Shown: one piece after another, positions 35,532-49,300 of the stretch
How the letters are laid out: each line of letters opens with the position of its first letter
Position numbering within the stretch: position 1 is the first letter of the stretch
Source: Azolla caroliniana
Taxonomy: Eukaryota; Plantae; Polypodiophyta
Assembly (NCBI GenBank): GCA_043228905.1
Contig: JBHGNT010000001.1
Location: 12,958,001-13,022,000 of the forward strand
Direction: 5' to 3'
Length of the DNA: 64,000 bases
Translations under genes and position numbers: made by a program
The notes under the pieces: generated by a model
Database searches by the model: none
Told to the model about the DNA's origin: nothing
What the model saw: the letters and a program-made list of their open reading frames with translations, nothing else

Positions 35532-38500
35532 AAAAGCAAGCCACCAAGTGGGTAAAAAAGGCGAATGAGCAAAATGTGGCAGAGCTTGAACAACAAAAGG
35601 AGAAACCGGAAGGGGCCACCGACATGATTCAACCGGAAAACCCAACATGGCAAGCGTTACAAGAATGTCAGATTACATTGTCATTGGGTCGGTTATTACA
35701 ACTAGTGCCCCGGTTTACGGAAGGGCTAAACCGCATCAATTCCGTTGCCAGCTCCTGCGTTCTTCTCAAATCCAAAAGAAGGGTTAGTAGTGGTAGACAC
35801 GAACAGTCCGGCAATCACTGCCATCGTCAAAGGACGAGAACTACCAAGGACAATTGTGGATGGAGGATCACGCGTGAACGTGATCAGTCTACGGACTTGT
35901 AATACCCTGGGAATCCAAGAATGGGAGCCTTGCCCGTTTGGGCTCCGGATGGCGGATACAAGTTCGGTAAGACCTACCGGTTTGATACGGAATCTAGACG
36001 TAACTATCGGAGGTCACGCATTCTGCATTTCGGCGGTTGTTCTCCAGCTCAATGCGCAAGGGGCTTACCTACTGTTGTTGGGCCGCCCACGGCTAAAAAC
36101 GGCGCATATCAAGCAAAGCTAGCGGAAAAACATGATTACCTTCCGACGAGGGAAGACAAAAGTAAGGGTACCTACCCACCCTCGAGCAAGTACAGGCAAG
36201 GAGTTGACACCGCTATATGTGGAAGGTGTAAACATGCTCGAGGGGCTTGCGGACGAAGAGGTCAACCAATACTTAGAAGAAAACCCAAAATTTGTACCCC
36301 TATTTGAAATCGATGTGGCAGAAGCGGTGTCACCATATAGAACGCAATCGGACGATGTTGTCAAGGAACCGGATCGGGAAGCTATCAGAGAATTACGGCA
36401 AGCACATGAAGCTCTGGAGAGGGAGATGGCGGTATCCCAACGCTTGAAAGCATCCCAATTAGAGGAAGTGAACTTAGGGACCGGGGACGACGCCAGACCG
36501 GTTCATATTGCTAAGGAAATGTCACCGGACAACAGGACGGCGATGATCACTTTATTAAAGGAATTCCGGGACATATTTTCCTGGTCCTATGAAGAGATGC
36601 AGGGGCTGGATCCTCAGTTGTACCAACACCAAATACACCTCACTAACAATGTCAAACCGGTAGCACAACAGTGTTACCGGATGAACCCTAATTATGTGGC
36701 AAAGGTCAAAGAGGAAATTGACAAGTTGCTACGGGTAGGTTTTATCCGACCAGTGAAAAAAGCTATATGGTTAAGTCCCATAGTCGTCGTGCCGAAAAAG
36801 AACGGTAAGATCCAGGTGTGCGTTGATACCGAAAACTCAATGCGGCGATAGTGACCAACGACTTTCCACTGCCATTTACGGATGGAGTGTTGGACGCGGT
36901 AACCGGTCATGAAGTGTATAGCTTCCTAGACGGTTTCAATGGCTACAATCAGATAAGGATGCACCCCGACGACCAAGACAAGACGACATTCGTCACCGAA
37001 TGGGGAGTCTTTGTTGTAGTCAGTGGTAATGATGTTCGGGCTCAAGACCGCGCCGGCGACCTTCCAACGAATAATCATGGAAATATTTGGCGAGTTCATT
37101 CTGGCATTCATGCAGGTATTCCTGGATGACTTCGTCGTGTATAGCCAAAAAGGAGAACATCTCCAACACCTCCGACTATGTCTTGAGAAATGCAAGAGTT
37201 ATAGGCTAAGCCTGAACCCAGCAAAGTATGTGTTCGGAGAAACAAGCGATGCATTGCTGGGCGATCTTGTCAGCAAGGACGGGATCACGATAGACCCCGA
37301 TAAGGTGAAAGCAATCTTAGAAGCCCCGACACCATCCACGGCCAAAGCTTTAAGTTAGTTTCTAGGGCAAATACGGTAGCATAGCCAGATGCTCTAGTAT
37401 TTGGTCGATCTTGCTACACCATTGCATGTCGTGGTTCACCGGACACCGTTCCAATGGACAAATACGGAGGATGAGGCTTACCGGGCACTAAAAGTACTGC
37501 TATCACAAGCACCGGTAGTGCAACCAGCGGACTGGTCAAAAGAATTCCACGTGTTCGTTGATGCGTCCTGTTAGAACGTATGTGCGGAAGCGTAAGACAA
37601 TAACTTGGTTGTGTAGCAGCATAGAGAGAGAGAGAGAGAGAATAATACACAGAATACAGAGAGTACTTGGGAGAGACAGAGAGAGCAGAACAAGAATCTA
37701 AGTTCAAAAATTATATCAACACTCTGTACATACAACGTGCTCAACAGCACTATTTATACAAGTCCTCATGGGACTGACAGAAGTACAGTGTACTTCAATG
37801 CTCACACGAGCGTCTGACACTAACTACGAGACAATAACTACCTAGTAATCTAAGCTATTACTAGGCTTCCAGTTACTGCTAGATCCGGCTAACCAGCTCC
37901 CTTGCTCAACGGCTTGCCGATCCGTCCGATCCGTCTCACCGATCCGGCTTCATCCTTCCGGATGCCGATCCGGCTCAGGCTTATTCAGCCGATACGGATC
38001 CGATTGAGCTTGCCGCTCAACACTCCCCCTCAAGCTCAACTTGAGGTCGGATTGTAGTGTCAGTCTCCATGGCAACCGTCCTTCCACCCGGCACCTTCTG
38101 GCGACAGTTCGCCTTGCTCGCGCTCCTCGTCCAGTCCGGTCCCGTTTGCCACGACCCTTCTATTTCTACGCATCTCGACATCCTCAGTCGCCTTGTTTGC
38201 TGAACAGGCCCAAATCAGCTCCCTCACTACTATGACTTCGGTGCTTGTCGACCCGTCGATTCCTTCGTGTTGGCGCTGACTTTTGCTACCATCTCGTCCT
38301 CTTGGCCTTGAATTGATTCAGTTCTTCCGAATCCGTCTGTTGAACCGAATTGTTCCAGCTCTTGTCTCCGATTCGTTCCAGCTCTTGTCTGAATCGGTCG
38401 CTCCCGATTCGTTTTCCAGTTCCAGGCCCTTCACCACATCGGACCATGTTCGGGTCTTGGCCTTCTTCTTCCGGTCAACTCTACCATCGTTGTCGCTTGC

Positions 38501-38585
38501 TCCAACTTGTTCGGATGTGTCAACTTCCTTTGTCGACTCGGCTCCTTTCTTCTTTTTGTCTCTCCCTTTGTCGGTTCTTCCCTCA

Positions 38586-40643
38586 CTAGCGCAATCGACA
38601 GTCTCTTTGCCTTTGCCCTTTTCCGGTGTCTTTGCCCGTTCTCCCCCTCAAGTGTGGCATGCCGAGATGCTGAACACCAAGCATTTTGGTGAAGTGCTGC
38701 AACTTGTCCATTCCGAGCAGTTTGGTGAAGATGTCGGCAACTTGCCGATCCGTATGAATATCCCGAAGTCCGACTTCACCGCTCAGGACATGCTCACGCA
38801 CGAAGTGGTAGTGCACTTCTATGTGCTTTGTGCGAGCATGGAATACGGGGTTCTTGGCGAGTTGCATGCTGCTTATGTTGACGCAGTAGACCAGAATCGG
38901 GGTCGGTACCTCGATCCGTAGGTCTTGTAGCAGTCGCCGAAGCCAAATGGCTTCACAGGTGGCAATGGTAGCGCCCCGATACTCAATCTTAGTGCTCGAC
39001 CGAGCAACCGTTGGCTGCTTTTTACTGCTCCACGCAACAACCACGCTACCTAGGGAAAACATGTAACTGGAGGTTGATCGGCGATCTGATGCATCGCCGG
39101 CCCAGTCTGCATCCGTGTAACCGACGAGCTCTTCGGGTATACCGCGCCGGTATAACAGTCCCCGGTCCTTCGTGCCGCTGACATACCGCAATATCCTTTG
39201 CGCGGACTGAAGGTGCTCCACGGTCGGCTTCTGCATGAACTGACTTATTATTCCGACCAGATAGCTGATGTCGGGTCGCGTGATAGTCAAGTAAATAAGG
39301 CTTCCGACGATTTGTCGGAACCGTTTCTCATTGCAGGCCGGTCCGGAGTTGGGACGAAGCTTCTGGTTCCGGTCCAAGGGTGTGGAGACAGGTATGCATT
39401 CTGTCATGCCAAACTTGTACAACATATTCAAGACATAATGTTGTTGTGAGAGCAATATGCCGTCCGGGGTTTGGATCACCTCGATCCCTAGAAAATAATA
39501 AAGGTCCCCCAGATCCTTCATCTCAAATGCGTCTGACAACTGGGACTTAACGCGGTTGATTTCTAGAACACCCGGTCCGTTGATGACTAGACCATCAACA
39601 TACAACAGTATACATACCGGACCAGCTGAGCCTTGCTGGATGAACAACGAAGAGTCCGATTTGGAGGCCACAAACCCCATCTTACGCAACCGGTGCGTGA
39701 TCTTCGCATTACAAGCTTGAGGAGCTTGCTTTAGGCCGTACAACGACTTCTTCAGTCGGCATACCGCCGACTTGTTCATCTCCGATTCAAAGGCGGGGGG
39801 CTGAGTCATAAAGACTTCTTCTTCAAGATCACCCTGAAGAAACGCATTCTTCACATCCATCTGGTGAAGATGCCACCCCCTTGCTGCAGTAACCACCAGC
39901 ACCACACGAACCGTCGTCATCTTCGCTACCGGAGCGAAGGTCTCGTCGTAGTCGATTTCGTGGGTCTGCGCGTATCCCTTCGCCACTAACCGGGCTTTAT
40001 ACCGGTTAACAAAACCGTCGACGTTGTACTTTACCTTGTATATCCACTTGCATTCGGTCGGTTTACAGTGACGAGGAGGGTCAACCAGGTCCAATGTCTT
40101 GTTGACATCAAGTGCCCGCATTTCTTCTTCTATACCGGCACGCCAATTTGCGTCCTTGGCCGCTTCTGCATAGCTCTCCGGCTCACGCACTTCCGCCACC
40201 TTAGTCATGTACGCATAGTGATGCGCCATGTACTCATTGTACCCGTACCGCTTGACGGGATCCTTCTGGCAGGTGGACCGATGTAACTCATTGTTACCCG
40301 GTTTGAGGCCCTTCTTGGCTGGTTCGGTCTTCGTTGCCGAAGATCCGCCTTTCTCCTTGCCGGAGTCGGATGCACACTGATCCAACTCATCGTTGCCGGT
40401 TTCGAATTCCGGCATCTTCTTCTTCCCCTTCTCTTTGCGCGTGAACGGTCGCCTCGGTTCCTTGCGTGGGCAGTGCATGGCAGAGTCTCCACTACTCGCC
40501 GGTTCCTCATCGGACTGGTCAGATTGACTCAGTCTCTCATTCGGCCCGCTCAACTGGAACAATTCCGGACTCTCATCCTGAGTCCACGCTTCATCATCCT
40601 CTACTTGGGCCGGTTCAGGATCACTAGCCTCATCCACCGGCAT
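38586..40643 (-). pseudogene. pol: C2 linker-RT-RNase H ORF, chimeric with C1 sequence at its 3' end
   Basis: 685-aa ORF; [22 protein letters not shown]; switches from C2-type to C1-type residues around EVGLRDIH. Confidence 0.88.
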
Positions 40644-41257
40644 CGGGTTAGATTCGGAAGTCAGAGTCGGTAAAGAGTACCATGATGCCGATTCATCAAA
40701 CTCGACATCTCAACTAACTTGAACCTTCTTTGTCCGGGGGTTATAACACTTATAACCCTTTTGCTCTTGAGCATAGGCGACTAGGATACATTTTTCCGAT
40801 TTTGCATCCAGCTTCCTTCGCTTCTCATCCGGTACATGCACATATGCAATGCTACCGAAGATCTTAAGGTGTCTCAAATTTAGCTTCCGCCCGAAATACA
40901 GCTCGTGAGCTGACACCTTGTCACCGATCCGGTTCTGGATGTAGACAGTCGTTCGGACTACCTCCGCCCAGTAGAATTTGGGCATGCTCTTCTCCTCCAG
41001 CATTGCCCTTGCCGCATCGATAAGCGACCGGTTCTTCCTTTCAGCAACACCATTCTGTTGCGGTGTGTATCTGCAGCTGAACTCTCGCCGAATTCCCTTT
41101 TGCTGCAGATAACTGTTGAATTGGCCGGAAAAGTACTATTTTCCGCCAATCGACTGCAGGCATTTGATCTTCCTCTCCGATTCCCGTTCCACCATGCTTT
41201 GGAGACTCCGGAAACACTCGAAGACTTCACTCTTCCGCTCAATGAGGTTGATCCATG

Positions 41258-41869
41258 TGCAGGGAACTGAACGCTCCTTATGCGCAACACTCGGCCACAA
41301 CCGAGCTTAGAATCATACACAGAAAAACGGGAAATAAAAACACGACACGAAGAAGAAACGAGTGCACAAAATGTTTACATGGAAAGCCCAAAGAGGGAAA
41401 AACCACGGCAGCCCACAGGCTGCAAACTATCACTATGCTATGATGTACAACATTGAGTTCACGGAGGCAACGACCTTGTGCTCACGATCCTCGCCATAGG
41501 CGGCGGTTACAATAGAGGCAACAACCTCTTTCTCTCTCTCTCTCTCTGTACACAGTTACGCGCTCTATCTATTTTTGTACCAACAAGAAAATGACAACAA
41601 CAACAGTAACTATAAGTTTGCCCTAAGTCATATTTATACTAATATGACTTTTCGGCTATTTACAAATATAGCCTCGATGGACTCTCAGAAACATATTTAC
41701 GAATATGTCTCTTCATCCGGTGAGCATTCCTCACTGGGTTTGCACCATCCGGCTCTCCGTAGCCGGGTACTCCTCATCCGGTTCTCACCGGGCCTGCACC
41801 ATCCGACTCTCCGTAGCCGGGTACTACTGTTCTTCTCCCTTCCCATCCGGAGGGACCTGTCTCCCAACA
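41258..41869 (-). mobile_element. Solo LTR of the T family inside C2 integrase, TSD CCATG/CCATA
   Basis: TG..CA, 612 bp; similar to 21104-21663; integrase DDYTRH.W rejoins across it. Confidence 0.9.
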
Positions 41870-43990
41870 CCATATGTGTCGCGTATAGTCGTCGATGAAG
41901 GAGACGAAATATCGACTCCCGCCAAGACTAGCATTCTGTGCCGGTCCCCACACATCCGAATGGATAAGGTTGAGCTTGTTACGGCTCCGGTTACGTTCGG
42001 TGGGGAATGGAAGCCGGTGTTGCTTCCCCAGTTGGCAGGCTTCACATACTTGGGCCTTCTGGCCGCTAAACTTCGGCAAACCGAAAACAACTTGTTTCGT
42101 TTGCAAGTCTTGAAGCCTCCAGTTATTGACGTGGCCTATCCGCTTGTGCCACAGGTCGATGTCTAATTCAACCTTCTGTCCTTTTGCAAACAGAGCGGTG
42201 CCGACGTCATTGGTGTCGAGGATAAACATCCTCCCGTCTCTGCGCCCTTGCGCAATAATCCGGCCCTCTTCCTCGATGAAGCACCCAAGATGCGTAAACC
42301 GCACCTGCATCCCCTGGTTGACGATCTGTCCTACCGACACCAAGTTCTTCGTGATTGTCGGAACATGTAATACGTTCATCAGCTTCCCCTTCTGTCCGAC
42401 GTGGCTCAAAGGGACTTCTCCGACATGCACGATTGGGTGTGGAGTGTCGTCTCCGGTTTCAACTACTCCTGGTTGATCCGGTTTTTCCAAAAAGGAGAAC
42501 CACTCTTTGTTGTTCGTCATGTAGTTCGACGCACCGAAATCAACATACCACACTTCCTCCAATTTGGAAGTGGTCTTCTTCATCGAGTTTGCCTTGTGCT
42601 TCATCACCAAGGCTGGCCCGTTACCGTTCTTGGATCCTCCCAATCCCTTCACGTAGTGCGAGCTTTGTCGGCCATCCTTGCCGGCCTTGCCGAATCCGGA
42701 TTTGTCCGAATCAGCTCGTTTTCTCCAACACTCGCTCTCTCTGTGGCCCTTTTTGCCACAGTACCAGCATTCCATTGCTGACTTCTCTTGCCGGCCTCCG
42801 ACACCGCCTTGACTCCCCCTGCCTGTGGAAGTCCCGGAACTGTTGTCGGCACGTTCTCTGTGCCTTCGTTCTTGCTCTTGCTGGCCGCCTCCATTGCGTG
42901 CAGACCTGCCTCATCCACCACGCGCATGGAACCGATCCGCCTTTGTGTACAACATCTAGCTGTCAGTGGGTGCGTTAGTTGACGCCACCGTTCGGAACGC
43001 TCTGAACTTAGACGCCAGACCCCCATGACAGACCTGTACCATCTCGTCTTCCTCTACAGTAACGTTGATAGAGGCAAGCGAGTCACAGATCTCTTTGATC
43101 CGGGTCGTTTAATTTGCCACCGACATGTCCTTCTGTTGGACATTGCTCAACTCCTGTTGGAGTTGCAACTTCCGGGCTGTTGTGCTCGCGGCGAACACCT
43201 TCTTTAGGTTCCCCCAAGACTCCTTCGGCATCTTGGCGTCTCGGATGTGGCTCAGCAGCTAGTCTCCGACATTGGACGCGAAGCAGTACATCACTCTGCT
43301 TGCCGATTGTTCCCACACTGGGAAGTCCTTATGTGCCGCATCAGGTGCTGTTTCGTTGGCTCCTTCGACGAAACTCCAGTAGCCATGCCCAAGTAGGTAC
43401 TAGTGCATCTTATACGACCAAGATGCATAGTTGGATTTGTCGAGTTTCTCCACAGGGAGCGAGCTAGCCATCCCTCTATCCATTACTTCTCTGTTTGCTG
43501 TTTTACGACCTGTTAGGGTATGTTATCAAGTGTTTGTTGGTTGCAAAGGATCTCAACCCTCGCACTCTGATACCATGTAAATGATTACTTGCGGAAGCGT
43601 TAGAGAACAGAGAAAGCAGGGAATACACAGAGTACGCGGGAGAGACAAAGAGAGCAGAACCTCAAAGCTATATTCAAAAATATATAAAAACACTCTGTAC
43701 TTACAACTATGCTTAGTAGCATTATTTATATAAGTCCTCGTGGGATTGACAGAAGTACCGCATACTTCAATGCTCACACGAGCATCTGACACTTACTACG
43801 AGAATATAATTGCCTAGTAGTATACACTAGTACTAGGCTTCTGGTTACTGATTGGATTCGGCAAACCGGCTCCCCAACTCACCAGCTTTGTTGCTTGCCG
43901 GCTTGGTTGCTCACAGCTTACCGATCTGTCTCGCTTGCCGGCTCTAGCTTATTCAGCCGATCCGGCTCCAGTTGAGCTTGCCGCTCAACA

Positions 43991-46117
43991 CGGATATTGC
44001 GGCAAAGTCGGCCACCGCGAAGAAGAGTGCCGAAAGAAGATGTGTGAGCCGGCTTCCACTAGTCAACAACTCACCAATTACGCCGCCGACTCCAAGTACG
44101 ACGACTACTGTGGAGTATTCGTAATGAGACATAGAGCGAATTCTATGTCAACATCTACTTCTACTAGTGCCTCCAGTCTGGAAGACGTATGGTTCATCTA
44201 TTCCGGTGACTCAAACCATAGGACGTCGCATCAAGAATGGTTCCCAGAACTTCGAGAGCCGGACCGACCCGGCTATGTCGAAACCAGAGACGAAACTACG
44301 CATCCGATTCGACACATCGGCAATGTTCCATTCGGAAAAGAAGGTAAGCAAAATTACATTAAAAATGTCTTGCATGTACCGACCATTATGAAGAATTTGG
44401 TCTCCGTCGGCCAAATTGTTGAGCAAGGGATGTAAGTACAATTTAATCAAGGCAGTTGCTTCATCGAAAAAGAGGGCCGACTCATCGCGCGCGGATGAAG
44501 AGAGGGCCAAATGTTCATTCTAGACACGCACGAGAGGAAATCGGCCATGTTCGCAAAAGGCATGAAAGCTGAGTCCAACATAGAGTTATGGCACAAGTGG
44601 ATTGGCCATATCAACCTTCAAAAGCTCAAGGCGATGCAATCGAAAGGAGTCGTCATCGGACTCCCGACCTTTAAAGAGAGAGAGATTGAAGGCGTATGTG
44701 CGGCTTGCCAATTCGGCAAGCAACATCGGCATCCATTTCCGAAGGAGAGGAATGTAAGCAAAGGCGTACTCGACGTAATTTATTCCGATGTATGGGAACT
44801 GGCTCAAACGGCGACATTCTGCGGATGCCGATACTACGTGACCTTTATCGACGACTTCTCTAGGCACACTTGGATCTACCAAATGTGGCAAAAGTGCGAA
44901 GTGTTCGGACACTTCCAAAAATTCAAGAGTGGAGTCGAAAAAGCCATGAATCGACACGTATGGTGCCTTCGATCGGATAGAGGCAAAGACTATTTCTCGG
45001 ATAATCTTACGGCGTATCTTTGAAAAGAAGGGATTCCGATGAGAATTTTCGTGTCAATATACACCACAACAGAACGAAGTGGCACGGGCTATGCTTAACA
45101 AAAAGCACAACTAGCACGACTGTCAAACTCATGAATCGATGTACGACATCCGGCGTGCATGAACTCACGCCGCATGAGAAGCCGGATCTATCACATGTTC
45201 GGATATTCAGCTCCATTGCGTATGTGCACATCCCCGACGAAAAACGACAAAAGCTCGACCCGAAGTCGAAGAAATGTATCCTCATAGGATACGCACTGGA
45301 GCAAAATGGGTACAAGTGCTATAACCCCTCAACTCGAAAATCTCGAGCAAGTCGAGACGTCGTTTTTGACGAGTCCGTATCTTGGTACGCAATAGAGACA
45401 ACTTCGACTTCAATTCTACTCGACCCAGATTCCGCCGAAATAGAGATAGAAGCCAAAGTTTGGCTCACGCGCATGTTCAAAGAAAGCCCAATTACGTCAA
45501 GGCTTAGTGCGCCACAAGAGCCGCCGAGCGATCAAAGCACATCTTGGCCGAGTTCGAAGCTGGACAAAGGCAAGGCGAAAATGCCGAAGTATGAAGACAA
45601 TCACTTCGATGGCAACGAATCGACTCACTCCCTCGATAGTGAGTTCGAAGGCCTTGAGATCCGGACAAATGGAGTGGAGAAAGTCGTAGTATTCGCAAAG
45701 GAGAAGCTCCGCCGATCCACCCGTGAAAAGAACCCGGTAATCCGATTCGGCTACAACGATTATATGGCGTACCATTACGCCTTTATGATGAAAGTAGTGA
45801 CAGTACGGGAGCCGGAAACGTTTTCCGAAGCCGCGACGGACCCCAGTTGGGTTGAAGCGATGAATGTGCAAGCACTCTCCAAGAAGACATGGGATCTCGT
45901 TCCCCACTCACCGCACAAGAAGGCAATTGGCTGTAGATGGATCTATAAGGTGAATTATAATGCCGACGGCTCCGTAAACCATTACAAAGCTCGACTCGTA
46001 GCGAAAGGATACGCACAAACACATGGAGTCGACTATGAATAGACCTTTGCCCCGGTGGCAAAGATGACGACGGTGTGGATTGTAATTGCACTCGCAACGG
46101 CGAAAAGGTGGCACCTC
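43991..46117 (+). pseudogene. C0 piece 2: knuckle, protease, integrase, RT start
   Basis: GYCGKVGHREEEC, WHKWIGH..CAACQFGKQ, FIDDFSR, YKARLVAKGY; ends at RWHL and continues HQIDVKN at 58686. Confidence 0.9.
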
Positions 46118-46381
46118 TGTTACGAAGGCGCTATGGCTCTTCTGTGTGCATAGTAGATCGTGATGTGCTGGATCGTTTAGTGCTCAAGACAGAAAGGAAG
46201 GGGAAGGAGACTTACCTCTGTGTAGCAAACCAAAAGCTTCTATTCCATTACATGCAGAGCTCAACTCGCTCTCGTCTATTTTCTGTTTTTTGTATTTCTT
46301 CTCTCTTACAACTACTCTCACTCTTACTCACTTTCCTACTTTCTTTTTTACCTAAGTACATAAGTGACTTATATATGTAGC

Positions 46382-49300
46382 TGTAAAAACGAATAGCACA
46401 CAGACACAATAGAAAACCGAACACAAAAAACGCAGGTTTAATGGAGAGTTTGACAGTACATGGGAGAGACAGAGAAAGAGCAGAACAACATAAACCTATG
46501 TAAAACAATAATAGTTCTCTGTACATAAAACGTGCTCAACAACACTACTTATACAAGTCCTAAGAGGACTGACAGAAGTGCGGTGTACTTCAATGCTTAC
46601 ACAAGCGTCTAACACTAACTACAAGACATTAACTACCTAGTAGCCTCGGCTGCTACTAGGCTTCCGGTTATTGATGGATCCGGCTAATTGCCTCCCGAAC
46701 TCACCGGCTCACTTGCTCACCGGCTCACCGATCCGGCTCATCCTCCCGAATGTTGATCTGGCTCAGGCTTATTCAGCCGATCCGGATCCGGTTCAGCTTG
46801 CCGCTCAACACTTCCCCTCAAGCTCAACTTGAGGTCGGATCGTAGTGTCAGTCTCCATGGTTGCCGATCCTTCCACCCAGCTCCTTCTAGCGTCACTCCG
46901 CCTCACTCGTGCTCCTCGTCTGGTCCGGTCTCGTTTGCCGCGACCCCTTTGGTTCTGCGTGCCTCGACCTCATCGGTCGGCTTGTCTGCTCCACAGGCCC
47001 AATTCAGCTCCCTCGCTACTGTGACTTCGGCGCTTGCCAATTCGCCGATTCCTTCATGTTGGCGTCGACTTTCGCTGCCTTCTCGTCCTCTTGGCCTTGA
47101 AATGATCTGGTTCTTCCGAATCCGTCCGTTGAACCGAATCGACTGTCTCCGATTTGTTCCAGCTCTCGTCCGAATCGGTCGCTCCCGATTCATTTTCCGG
47201 TTCCAGGCCCTTCACCACATCGGACCATGTCCCGCCACTACCACTTGTTCCGACTTGTTCAGATGTGTCAACTTCCTTTGTTGACTCGGCTCCTTTCTTC
47301 TTCTTGTCTCTCCCCTAGTCGATTCTTCCCTTACTGGCACAATCAACAATCTCTTTGCCTTTGCCCATTCTGGTGTCTTTGCTCATTCTCCCCCTCAACT
47401 GTGGCACGTCGAGATGCTGAACACCAAGCATTTTGGTGAAGTGCTGCAACTTGTCCGATCCGAGTGGTTTGGTGAAGATGTCGGCAACTTGCTGATCCGT
47501 ATGAACATACCGAAGTTCGACTTCACCGCTCAGGACACGCTCATGCACGAAGTGGTAGTGCACTTCTATGTTCTTTATGCGAGCATGGAATACGGGGTTC
47601 TTGGCGAGCTGCATGATGCTTATGTTGTCATAGTAGATCAGGATTGGGGTCGGCACCTCGATCCGCAGGTCTTGCAGCAATCGCTGAAGCCATATGGCTT
47701 CACAGGTGGCAGCGGTAGCACCCCAGTATTCAACCTCAGTGCTCGAAAGGGCCACTGTTGGCTGCTTTTTGCTGCTCCATGCAATAACCTCGCTACTAAG
47801 GGAAAACATATAGCCGGAGGTGGATCGGCGATCCGATGCATCGCCAGCTCAGTCGGCATTGGTGTAGCCGATGAGCTCTTCAGTTATACCATGCCAGTAT
47901 AACAATCCCCATTCCTTCGTGCCACAAAATTCGATGTGTGCACAGAAGGTGCTCCACGGTTGGCTTCTGCATATATTGGTTGATCACGCCGACTGGATAA
48001 CTGATGTCGGGTCGGGTGACTATCAAATATATAAGGCTTCCGATGATTTGTCGGAACCCTTTATCATCACAGACCGGTCCGGAGTTGGGACGGAGCTTCT
48101 GGTTCCGGTCAAGGGGTGTAGAGATAGGTTGGCATTCCGTCATGCCGAACTTGTACAACATATTCAACACATAGTGTCTCAGTGAGAGCAATATGTCGTC
48201 GGGGGTGCGAATCACCTCGATCCCAAGGAAATATTGAAGGTCCCCCAGGTCCTTCATCTAAAATGTGTCCGACAATTGGGACTTGACTCAGCTGATTTCA
48301 TCGAGTCTGGGTCTGGTAATGACTACATCATCAACAAGATGGAAACCGAACCGTCCAGACCTTGCCGGATGAACAACTAAGAGTCGGACTTGGAGGCCAC
48401 AAACCCCATCTTCCGCAACCGGTGCGTGATCTTCGCATTCCAAGCTCGGGGGGTTTGCTTCAGGCCATAAAGTCACTTCTTCAGTCGGCATACTACTGAC
48501 TTGTTCATCTCCGACTGGAAACCGGGGGCTTGGGTCATAAAGACGTCTTCTTCAAGATCGCCTTGAAGAAATGCATTCTTCACGTCCATCTGGTGAAGAT
48601 GCCATCCCCCATGTACTGGTTAACCGAACCATCGGCGTTGTACTTTACCTTGTACACCCACTTACATCCGATCGGTTTACAGTGTTGGGGAGGGTCAACT
48701 AGGTCCCATGTGTCGTTGGCATTAAGTGCTTGCATTTCTTCCTCCATAGCGGCACGCCAATTTCCGTCCCTTGCCGCTTCTGGGTAGCTCTCCGGTTCAC
48801 ACACTTTCGCCACCTTGGTCATGTACACATAGTGATGCGCCATGAACTCATTGTACCCGTACCGCTTCACGGGGTTCTTCTAGAGGGAAGACCGGCGTAA
48901 CTTATCATTACCCGGTTTGAGGCCCTTCTTGGCCGGTTCGGATTTTGTTCCCGAAGATCCGCCTTCGTCCTTACCGGAGTCGGATTCACTCCGATCCGAC
49001 TCAACGTTGCCAGTTTCGTATTCCGACATTTTCTTCTTCCCCTTCTCTTTGCGCGTGAACCGTCTCCTTGGTTCCTTGCGCGGGGAGAGCACGACAGAGT
49101 CTCCATTACTCGCCGGTTCCTTATCCGACTGGTCATCCCGACTCAGCCACTCATTCGGTCCACTTAACCAAAATGAGATCGGACTCTCTTCTAGAGTGCC
49201 GAGGTCTTCATCTTCTATCTATACCGGTTCAGGTTCACTAGCCTCATCCTCCGGTATCGGGTCGGGGTCGAAAGTCGGAGCCGATAAGCCATACCATGAT

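Larger units (their letters stand above)
29925..38830. repeat. Right arm of the inverted duplication (G1 gag-RT fragment, C1 3' LTR copy 37569-38022, C1 3' end), split by T1
   Basis: Shares disabling lesions with the left arm (for example TAG at 24954-24956 and 36120-36122) and reproduces the C1/G1 junction with one TSD copy. Confidence 0.95.
28549..43990 (-). mobile_element. C2: Ty1/copia element of the C1 family, carrying the inverted duplication, T1 and a solo LTR
   Basis: LTRs about 28549-28947 and 43576-43990; PBS tggtatcagagtgcg at 43561-43575; PPT 28948-28956; gag/PR 41870-43483, INT 40710-41257, RT 39050-40200, RH 29500-29897. Confidence 0.88.

Noticed and set aside
35532-37568. Second independent G1 insertion
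   Set aside because: It has no LTR or PBS of its own and shares lesions and the C1 junction with 23508-25545.
22250-38830. DNA transposon with giant terminal inverted repeats
   Set aside because: The arms are retroelement fragments, with no transposase or TSD, and the junctions fit repair copying.
37569-43990. Independent full-length copia bounded by LTRs 37569-38022 and 43576-43990
   Set aside because: The LTRs do not match and there is no TSD; the left LTR is the duplicated C1 LTR, and the true partner is at about 28549-28947.
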